Virus record (IMG/VR): IMGVR_UViG_3300037067_027684
Span: 182,685 to 246,684 of that record
Strand: one strand, 5' to 3'
Length of the DNA stretch: 64,000 nucleotides
Source: a virus
Lineage: Duplodnaviria > Caudoviricetes
How positions within the stretch are numbered: position 1 is the first letter of the stretch; the number at the start of each line of letters is the position of its first letter. Shown piece after piece: positions 37,364-44,169 of this stretch. The notes beneath the pieces were generated by a model that saw nothing but the letters and a program-made list of their open reading frames with translations, searched no databases and had not been told where the DNA came from. The position numbers and the translations under genes were made by a program.

Positions 37364-38582
37364 TAACCCTTCATGCAATCACGACGACGCTTACGCCGCT
37401 CCCTCTTCTTACGCTGCTTACGCGTCATACCTCACCCCTTCTTAGACAACACCATCACCTCAGGCAAACTAAACTCAGGAACAGACACCCCCAACACAAG
37501 AACAGCAGCCCCCACCTCACCCTTCATCGTCAACACAGCAGCCACCCTACCCTTCATCGCCTCAGCACCAGCCCTGAAAGCAACCCGAGCAGCCTCCTTC
37601 AAATCCCCAACCCGAACCTCCACACCCTCCCTCATAGCCTCAAACGCCTCAACCTGCCCCCTCAACTCCGCAATCTCCCTCACCAAAACCTCACGCGAAG
37701 GAGAAACCCCAGCCCCCTCCACCCCCTCAGCCCGCAACACCCCCACCAACCCCTCCAACCCAACCCCCGAATGAGCAACCTCATCAGACCGACCCTCATA
37801 AGACAACTCCCACCTACCATCCCCAAACACAGCAATCTCAAAATCCCCAACAAAACCAGTCACAGGATCAGACTCATTCAAAACAACCAACAACTCACGC
37901 CCCCTCAACCAATCCAAAATCCTAACCCCCTCACACCCAAACTCACTCATCACACACCTCCACTCGCTTCGCTTGTGAAAAGACCAAAACCCCAATTTCC
38001 ACCACGGAAAAGACCAATCCCCTACCCCAAACCACCAACCACATAACAAAACCAACCACTAATCACCGAAATATTCGTACGAACCTCCTCAACCTCCAAA
38101 TCCCGAACCCAACTCAAACAACCAGGCAACTCAACCAACAACCCCAACTCCCCAGCCTCATACAACTTAAACAACTCATCCACATCCTCCACAGTAAGAG
38201 GAGCAGTAGAATAAACAGCAACAACCTCACCATCAGAATTATGAGGATTAACAATAGTCGTAATCGACACCACAGAACTCCTCACATCACCCATTCAACA
38301 CCTCCTCGCTTGTCCTCGCTTCGCTCGGAATTTCCTCCGTGGAAATAGAAACATCTTTCTATCGCCTCAAAACCAATCCCAAATTTAAAACTCTCAAACC
38401 CCGAAATCCCCTCACAAACTCACAGTACTTAGGCTAACCAATTCCCTCAATCCGAGAAATACCCCCTTAGAAATAATTCCTGAAAACCGAGTGGGTTATA
38501 ATTCGAGGTGTTCCACATGGTGATTTCTCATTCCTCACGAAGTATCTCAAAATTAAACTAATGTACTCATTGATACGAAAAG

Positions 38583-38618
38583 CCCCAACCCAGGAATTAT
38601 TTCCCCTGAGTTGGGGTT
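38583..38618. terminator. hairpin in a ~400-bp non-coding gap
   Basis: GCCCCAACCCAGG...CCTGAGTTGGGGT, followed by T residues on the minus strand. Confidence 0.45.
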
Positions 38619-39524
38619 AATTGACTATTAGAGTAGTTCTAGTTGTAGGAGAAACCATTCCAAAATTAATCAACATACACATCGAAAATATCTGATGCTT
38701 GAATCAAACGCTTGTTTGAATCACTCATTTGAAACAAGCACAAATCCCCCCTTTTTTAATCAGCGTTCCCGTCAACAAAGTGAGTAAGCTTAAACCGCCA
38801 AATCACCTCATCAGCAGTTCGGGACCAGAATCGGGGTTCCAGGATAGAATTCCTCACGATTTCGAGTAAATCCCCCTTCGTCCCAACCCACCTGAAATCG
38901 TACTCACCCCAACCAAGAGTGATTTGATTTCCTTCGTGGAAGTCCCTGATCATCTTCTTCATGTCTTCTGATTCTTCGTCCAAATCCAGCTCCAACTCAA
39001 GTGTTTCCTTGGTGAGATCGAGGATCGGACCCATTAGCCCAAGTGAGTTGGCTGGTTGGATGTTGTTGCTTTCTGTGCGGAAGACGAGAAAGAGATCTTC
39101 GCCTCCACGGTCGGTTCCGTGAACTAAGTCGCAGCTTACTTTGATTTTCATTGGCTTCCTCCCTTACTCCGTTTGGTTAGGCGTAGAGGATTGCGCAGAG
39201 TGCACGACCAGAAGCACTAACGATTTGAGACTCCTCGTCATTCCCACGTGTGACTTCAAGGAGATGAACACCACTTTGAGGTGAAGTTAAAAGCCTGACT
39301 GTAGCCTTGTACCTGTCTTTCCTCTCGTCGCCATCATTCCAACATTGGACGGTTGCTACCTTGCCCTTGATTTTCAGGAGTTTGATGTTGAAATCTAACT
39401 CCATTTTGCCGTAACTGTTGGCTCTTTGGATCACTTCTTTGAGGATGTTCATTTGGCTCTCCTTGCTGTCTGTAATCGTTTTCATCTGACCGACTTCGGA
39501 TTCAGATGTGTTTATCAGCTCTTG

Positions 39525-39806
39525 CTATTTGCTGGGGTAGACTGCCTTGCACTTGGTGCAGCGGTAAACCTCAAAAGGATGTTTCTTGATACGGTAAATC
39601 CTCTCACCGCACCTGCAGAGTCCTTTGGGGCGTCTTACCTCAAAGACTTGTTTCAAATCAGGTGGGTCGAGTGGTGGCATCCAGGCGTTGAAGAGTAAGC
39701 TCATGATTGCTTTGCCTTCGGGCATTTTACTTAGGATGACTCGGGCGTCTTTCAGGTCTTCTGGTTTGAAGGTGTTTGTGACATCTTCGATTTTTAGTGG
39801 TTCCAT
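39525..39806 (-). CDS. hypothetical zinc-ribbon protein downstream of twister 4
   Basis: CRCG...CTKC; GGAGGAG RBS directly after P4. Confidence 0.65.
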   Translation of the reverse strand: MEPLKIEDVTNTFKPEDLKDARVILSKMPEGKAIMSLLFNAWMPPLDPPDLKQVFEVRRPKGLCRCGERIYRIKKHPFEVYRCTKCKAVYPSK

Positions 39807-39818
39807 TGGCTCCTCCCT

Positions 39819-39887
39819 CAGGACTTGGGACCTGTGAGCTTAAATGCTCAGTTCCTTACAGAGAGGTTTTAGCCTCTCTGCCCTCGG
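39819..39887 (-). ncRNA. twister ribozyme 4, predicted cleavage 39858/39857
   Basis: cc-GAGGG-[cagagagg/cctctctg]-UAA-gga-AC-[tgagc/gctca]-CAGG-UCCCAAGU-CCUG. Confidence 0.85.
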
Positions 39888-39888
39888 T

Positions 39889-40212
39889 TTACTTTTTGAG
39901 TTGGGCCATTGCAGCTTTGAGGAGTTCCTTCTTGGCGGCTTTCTTCTCAGCCTTCCGCTGGTCACTGCATTTGGTGCAGGTGTCGATTTGGAAGAGGTCG
40001 GAGGTGAAGACCCAGCGGGAGTCGTCGCAGCAGAGTTGGCAGCTGATTTTCACTTTGTACTTGCCTGCGGCTTCATCGAAAGTGAGGGTGTCGCTGAAGG
40101 CGTGGGGGTATTTGTCCAGGTTGGCTTTGATTTTCTCCAACTGGAGGTCCTTCTTGGCTTTGATTTTCTCGGCGAGTGCGAGAATCTCGGGTGTGACTTC
40201 TGTCTGTGGCAT
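39889..40212 (-). CDS. Lys/Ala-rich zinc-ribbon protein, paralogue of 43831..44169
   Basis: CxxC...CxxC; shares EVTPEILA, KYPHA and VFTSDLFQIDTC; AGAGGAG RBS before the ATG at 40212. Confidence 0.75.
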   Translation of the reverse strand: MPQTEVTPEILALAEKIKAKKDLQLEKIKANLDKYPHAFSDTLTFDEAAGKYKVKISCQLCCDDSRWVFTSDLFQIDTCTKCSDQRKAEKKAAKKELLKAAMAQLKK

Positions 40213-40277
40213 GGTCTGTCTCCTCTGCCCCGTTGGGGCGTGTGGGTTTGGGCGGGTTCTCCCGCCTCTCCCGTCCT

Positions 40278-40305
40278 GTGGCGCTCCCTTGGCTCTCTGG
40301 GGAGG
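40278..40305 (-). promoter_or_regulatory. bipartite promoter-like motif, copy upstream of 39889..40212
   Basis: Plus strand GTGGCGCTCC-N7-CTCTGGGGAGG; one of five similar copies. Confidence 0.5.
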
Positions 40306-40529
40306 TGCAATTTGGTTGAAGTGGTGAGTCACCTCCTGTACCCCCGCTTGTTGGTGGCGGTTGGTTGGTATTCTGGGGATGGTTTGAATAGCAAGAGTTG
40401 ATAAATTCAATCAGAGACGATTCCCTACCTTAAGGTTCCTGACAGCAAGGGTTGCTAAATTCCAGCTTGGAAAGGGTATCCCGCTTGGACGTTCACGGAT
40501 ACCCTAGCTTCTCCCCGTTCGGGTGGTGA

Positions 40530-40560
40530 CTGGGAGGAAGAGAAACAACTCTTCCTCCCA
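40530..40560 (-). terminator. perfect hairpin just after the 40566..40937 stop
   Basis: TGGGAGGAAGAG-loop-CTCTTCCTCCCA. Confidence 0.5.
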
Positions 40561-40565
40561 TTATG

Positions 40566-40937
40566 TTAACGAACCAAATAGCGACGGAATTCTTCTGAAA
40601 CTTTCTTTCCGTCAGTTCCGATTGCATCTTCTCTGGTGACTTTCTTTCCGTCAACTCCGATTGACCATCGGTCGGAGCAATCACTTCCTGCGTTCGGAGT
40701 TTGTTTCTTTTGTTCGAAGGCTTTTTGGAAGATTTCGATGGGGTAGACGGCTTCAAGGCACGCCGTTAAATCAAGGCGGTTGAGGAAGTACCAGCTTGCG
40801 TCAACCTCGTCGTACCCGTTGATTTTTCGGGCTTCGTTTTCTTCGGCTGGGAAGTCGAAGATTTTGACGTAGTGTCCGTCCCAGTTGGTTTTGTTGCAGA
40901 TTGCAACGTAGGTTCCTGCTTTGGTGTAGTTGTGCAT
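40566..40937 (-). CDS. hypothetical protein downstream of twister 5
   Basis: GGAGG RBS after P4; C-terminal IGxDGKKV duplication. Confidence 0.6.
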   Translation of the reverse strand: MHNYTKAGTYVAICNKTNWDGHYVKIFDFPAEENEARKINGYDEVDASWYFLNRLDLTACLEAVYPIEIFQKAFEQKKQTPNAGSDCSDRWSIGVDGKKVTREDAIGTDGKKVSEEFRRYLVR

Positions 40938-40948
40938 TGGGCCTCCCT

Positions 40949-41075
40949 CCAGGACTTGGGACCTGGTCGCTTTCCGGTGTGGAAAGCGAGTTCCTTACAA
41001 GGGAGAGGGATGACTTTGGGCACCCATGTGTTGATGGGCTTTGCCGTTAGTTCTTTCGCTCTCCGTTGCCCTCGG
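40949..41075 (-). ncRNA. twister ribozyme 5 with enlarged P1, predicted cleavage 40997/40996
   Basis: cc-GAGGG-[caacggagag...ctctcccttg, ~50-nt loop]-UAA-gga-AC-[tcgctttcc/ggaaagcga]-CCAGG-UCCCAAGU-CCUGG. Confidence 0.75.
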
Positions 41076-41311
41076 GACTTCCTTAATGCGTTTTCACTTT
41101 TCTGCCCTCTGTGCCTCTTTGCTCCTAAACTCACAAAAAGAATTCAAAATGTTTTGGAGTTTACTGAGTGCCCGGTGGTCGTGTCACTTGTTCACCCCTT
41201 TCGGTTTGCTTCGCTTGCTTAATTTGTGGGAATAGGGAGGGGGGCACTGCAGTGCCCCACCAGTGAGGCGAAGCTCCGCCACAAGCGGCCTCTAGCCTCA
41301 ACTAAAAAGGC

Positions 41312-41485
41312 AGACCAGAGAGGGATTCGAACCCTCGTCTCCCCCATCACCCAACCCTCACCTGCAAGTGAGTCTTGAGTGTGGTTTCACAGTTCCACTT
41401 TGGAAGGCCAGGTTGCTTGCAGACATCCTGTTTTCTGTTGGTGGATTTTCCTGTAGGGCGCTCTAGACCACTGAGCTATCCGGCC
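41312..41485 (-). tRNA. tRNA-like RNA with a 107-nt structured insert replacing the anticodon loop; no assignable anticodon, CCA not encoded
   Basis: Acceptor GGCCGGA/TCTGGTC, D-arm GCTC-AGTGGTCTA-GAGC, anticodon stem CCCTA/TGGGG, variable loop GAGAC, T-arm GAGGG-TTCGAAT-CCCTC, discriminator U. Confidence 0.85.
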
Positions 41486-41534
41486 AAAATCTGTGGGGAA
41501 GGCCCGCAATCTGCGTCCCTTCCCCGCTCCGGTC

Positions 41535-41560
41535 GTGGCGCTCCGCTCCGCTTGGGAGGG
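41535..41560 (-). promoter_or_regulatory. bipartite promoter-like motif upstream of the tRNA-like RNA
   Basis: GTGGCGCTCC-N6-CTTGGGAGGG; about 35 nt nearly identical to 44287-44321. Confidence 0.5.
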
Positions 41561-41901
41561 ACGCTCGGGAGCCGTTTCCTTTGCTCGACCTCAAGCCGAT
41601 TCCTCAGCGAGGGAGCGAATCTTAGTGAGCGGCAGAATTCACCTGAGTATTCCCAGGACTGTTGGTCATGAGCCAATGGGGAAAGGCAGCTCTACGACTG
41701 GCTGGCTATTCCATTGACGCCTGAACCCTGCTCACTCCCCCTTCCACCTCTTAATCATCGACCCAGTGCAAATGGGGGTGGTTGGGTGCCCTTCGGGATT
41801 TGCACTCCCGTCAGGTCAAAACGTTAACAGCAAATTCCCAAACTCCGGTTCGGCTTTGATCTTAACCCGCCAGCGCAAGGCGGAGAACTAGCCCGTCAAC
41901 C

Positions 41902-41992
41902 CCAGGATTTGGGACCTGGTCTCGTCCACCAAGATTTCCTCGGTGGAATCGAGCTTCCTTACAGCGGAGAGTAACCTCCCCGCTGCCCTCGG
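41902..41992 (-). ncRNA. twister ribozyme 6 (variant loop UCCCAAAU, possibly attenuated), predicted site 41961/41960
   Basis: cc-GAGGG-[cagcgg../..ccgctg]-UAA-gga-ag-[long P3]-CCAGG-UCCCAAAU-CCUGG. Confidence 0.6.
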
Positions 41993-42057
41993 TAAACACG
42001 ACTTTCAATAGAGGAGCGCACTCCGGCCCCTCGTTCAACCACGATAGTGGCACCCCC

Positions 42058-42318
42058 TCACTTCCCTAGGGAGTCAATAACCCCCAGAATCCGCACCTCG
42101 TGAGCGTTCAACAAATCCAACGCCCCAAGGACGTTCATCATATCGTCCTTCGACGCCGAACAAATGGCATAATTACGAAGGATCTCCCCACCGATCTGCT
42201 CCACAACCCGCCTCTGCCTTGCGGTATTCTCCAGAATCCGGATCTTCATCTTCTCAATGTGTGGGTTCTGGATTACCCGCACTTCTTTCACTGTCTGAGG
42301 AATAGCTTTGACTAGCAT
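42058..42318 (-). CDS. hypothetical protein between twisters 7 and 6
   Basis: GGAGG RBS directly after P4 of twister 7. Confidence 0.65.
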   Translation of the reverse strand: MLVKAIPQTVKEVRVIQNPHIEKMKIRILENTARQRRVVEQIGGEILRNYAICSASKDDMMNVLGALDLLNAHEVRILGVIDSLGK

Positions 42319-42329
42319 GTAACCTCCCT

Positions 42330-42404
42330 CCAGGACTTGGGACCTGGACCTTTCCGGAGTGGAAAGGTGTTCCTTACACCCCTGATTTTAAGGGGTGCCC
42401 TCGG
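42330..42404 (-). ncRNA. twister ribozyme 7, predicted cleavage 42376/42375
   Basis: cc-GAGGG-[cacccct/aggggtg]-UAA-gga-AC-[acctttcc/ggaaaggt]-CCAGG-UCCCAAGU-CCUGG. Confidence 0.85.
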
Positions 42405-42756
42405 GATTCATGAAATCAACCTTCCACTTCAGAACCTTCTGGTGACCGTCGAACTCGTCGGTGTACTTGAAGACCCACGTCTTCTGTCTCAACATGAAAT
42501 CCTTGAGGAAAATGAGCGTCCCCTTGAAATCCCTGTTGGTGTGGCAGCTCCTGCCTGCGCCGAAGTGGATGAAGGCGTAGTCACCTTGGACGACGGTGTT
42601 TTGGCTGAGGAACCACCATGCGAAGTAGCCTTGGTTGTCTTTTGGTGCTGTTTTCAAGTCTTTCACTGTGGCCAGCAGGTTTTGGAGTGCTGGGATGTTG
42701 AGGATTGACTTGTGGAATGGGACAACTCCATTCCTGATTTCGATGCAGTTACTCAC
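42388..42756 (-). CDS. hypothetical protein; stop codon lies in the P1 loop of twister 7
   Basis: GAGG RBS; TAA at 42390-42388. Confidence 0.65.
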   Translation of the reverse strand: MSNCIEIRNGVVPFHKSILNIPALQNLLATVKDLKTAPKDNQGYFAWWFLSQNTVVQGDYAFIHFGAGRSCHTNRDFKGTLIFLKDFMLRQKTWVFKYTDEFDGHQKVLKWKVDFMNPEGTP

Positions 42757-42774
42757 TGCGTTTCCTCCCTGGAA

Positions 42775-43017
42775 CTAGGGGATTGTCACTAGTTCCGTGT
42801 GGAACTTCGAATTGCCGCCACCGATTCCCTCCCTCACGCGAAGGATTTGGGTTGGTGTTGCGCAATTCTTGCAGGTTGTTAACCCCAATTCCAGACGTTC
42901 GGTTGGGATTACCTCTCCACAAGTGCAGACTCGTCCTTCCCGTTTGAGTTGGATGAGTTTTTGCAGCTCGTCCAGCTCTTTGGGTGAGAGTCCTGCGAGG
43001 ATCTTTCTTATCTCCAC
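42775..43017 (-). CDS. TraR/DksA C4-type zinc-finger protein
   Basis: CTCGEVIPTERLELGLTTCKNC matches C..CGE.IP..RL....C..C. Confidence 0.65.
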   Translation of the reverse strand: MEIRKILAGLSPKELDELQKLIQLKREGRVCTCGEVIPTERLELGLTTCKNCATPTQILRVREGIGGGNSKFHTELVTIP

Positions 43018-43030
43018 TTCTCACCTCCCT

Positions 43031-43108
43031 CCAGGACTTGAGACCTGGTTACTTTCCGGAGTGGAAAGTAGTTCCTTAAGAGGGGAAAGGAATCCCCTCC
43101 CTCTCGGA
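43031..43108 (-). ncRNA. twister ribozyme 8, predicted cleavage 43078/43077
   Basis: tcc-GA-GAG-[P1]-UAA-gga-AC-[P3]-CCAGG-UCUCAAGU-CCUGG; the pseudoknot covaries (CUC/GAG instead of CCC/GGG). Confidence 0.9.
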
Positions 43109-43110
43109 CT

Positions 43111-43245
43111 TCACCGATTCCCGTCAGACTCCTGCATCCGCTCACGAATCCGATCCTTGATCTCCTGACGGGTTGGGCCGTGAGATCGGTGCTTCGACCT
43201 CCCACGAATCCTCAACCCCTCACGCAACGCATCTGCTCTGCTCAC
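43111..43245 (-). CDS. 44-aa Arg-rich small protein ending just before twister 8
   Basis: AAGGAG RBS, GTG start, MSRADALREGLRIRGRSKHRSHGPTRQEIKDRIRERMQESDGNR; not in the track. Confidence 0.5.
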   Translation of the reverse strand: MSRADALREGLRIRGRSKHRSHGPTRQEIKDRIRERMQESDGNR

Positions 43246-43271
43246 GTTCTGCTCCTTTTCCAAGGTGGAAA

Positions 43272-43562
43272 TCAACTCCTGCCAGCCGAATCCCTCACTT
43301 CCCCATCAGCGTACCGAACACAAAAATGCAAAAGCTTGTAGACGTGCATGTTCCCCTCGCCATCCAAGCGAGCAACCTTGATCCCCTCAACACCAGGAAC
43401 ACGAAACCAGAACATCCGGAGATCGTGAAACACGTACTCCGTCTCCTTCTCGTTCAGCGGAATGAACGCCGCCAAACGATCCGTGTGAAACATCTCACAC
43501 AGAGCCTTTTCCACATCCTTCGTGGTAAGGTGTGTTGCAATCGTCACAGCAACTGGGACCAT
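43272..43562 (-). CDS. hypothetical protein downstream of twister 9
   Basis: GGAGGTG RBS directly after P4. Confidence 0.65.
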   Translation of the reverse strand: MVPVAVTIATHLTTKDVEKALCEMFHTDRLAAFIPLNEKETEYVFHDLRMFWFRVPGVEGIKVARLDGEGNMHVYKLLHFCVRYADGEVRDSAGRS

Positions 43563-43575
43563 CGAACACCTCCCT

Positions 43576-43650
43576 CCAGGACTTGGGACCTGGCCCCTTT
43601 CCTCAGTGGAAAGAGGGGTCTTAAGCAGGGACGGAACCCTGCTCCCTCGA
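43576..43650 (-). ncRNA. twister ribozyme 9, predicted cleavage 43623/43622
   Basis: tc-GAGGG-[agcaggg/ccctgct]-UAA-ga-..-[P3]-CCAGG-UCCCAAGU-CCUGG; P2 covaries (tc/ga versus cc/gg). Confidence 0.8.
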
Positions 43651-43790
43651 ACAGCTTAGTGTCGAACAGCTAACTACCGCATGGCTCAACCCTCAATTGC
43701 CTTGCTTCGCTCGTCTAAGAAAGCCTCCAAGCGAATGCCGAGCTAAACCCCTCTTCAAGCGAATGTTGAGGCTTTCCACCCTGGAAACAG

Positions 43791-43826
43791 AAAGAGGGAA
43801 AGGAGGCCGATCCCCCTTTCCCTCTT
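43791..43826 (-). terminator. intrinsic terminator after 43831..44169
   Basis: AAGAGGGAAAGG...CCTTTCCCTCTT followed by TCTGTTTCC. Confidence 0.6.
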
Positions 43827-43830
43827 GGTC

Positions 43831-44169
43831 TTACTCAGCCGCCTTGTCCGCAGCGATCTTGGCCATCGCCGCCTTGATCAGCTCCTTCTTCACCGCCTGC
43901 TTCTCCTTCTTCGCCTCGCCCGCGCAGTCCACGCAGGTGTCGATCTGGAAGAGGTCGCTCGTGAACACACGGCGCGTCTTGCCGCACTTCGTGCACTCGA
44001 TCTCGACCGAGTACTTCTTGGCCTCGGGGTTGTACGTCAAGGTGTCCGCCTTGGCGTGCGGGTACTTGCTCAGACCTTCGCGGGTCTTGGCAAGCTTCGC
44101 ATCCTGCTTGGCCTGCAGCTTCTTGGCCATCGCGAGGATTTCCGGCGTGACTTCCACTTCGTTTGCCAT
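43831..44169 (-). CDS. Lys/Ala-rich zinc-ribbon protein, first gene of the leftward array, with GC-rich codons
   Basis: CTKC...CVDC; paralogue of 39889..40212; AGAGGAG RBS. Confidence 0.8.
   Translation of the reverse strand: MANEVEVTPEILAMAKKLQAKQDAKLAKTREGLSKYPHAKADTLTYNPEAKKYSVEIECTKCGKTRRVFTSDLFQIDTCVDCAGEAKKEKQAVKKELIKAAMAKIAADKAAE

Noticed and set aside
41010-41046. c-di-GMP-I riboswitch-like GGCAAA...AAAG inside twister 5 P1
   Set aside because: No GNRA tetraloop, no GACGCAAAGC and no second hairpin with a receptor.
41236-41311. Theta/HDV-like ribozyme after the tRNA-like RNA
   Set aside because: I could not place P3/L3/P1.1 between the candidate P1 and P2 strands; a simple long hairpin fits better.
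41312-41485. tmRNA, or a group I intron-containing tRNA
   Set aside because: It has a full D-stem and anticodon stem, no G3:U70 alanine identity and no tag ORF; the insert is too short and lacks group I core elements.
32194-43650. CRISPR array or dispersed att sites from the repeated CAGGACTTGGGACCTG
   Set aside because: Copies are 0.4-2.8 kb apart with genes between them, and conservation follows RNA base pairing rather than sequence identity.
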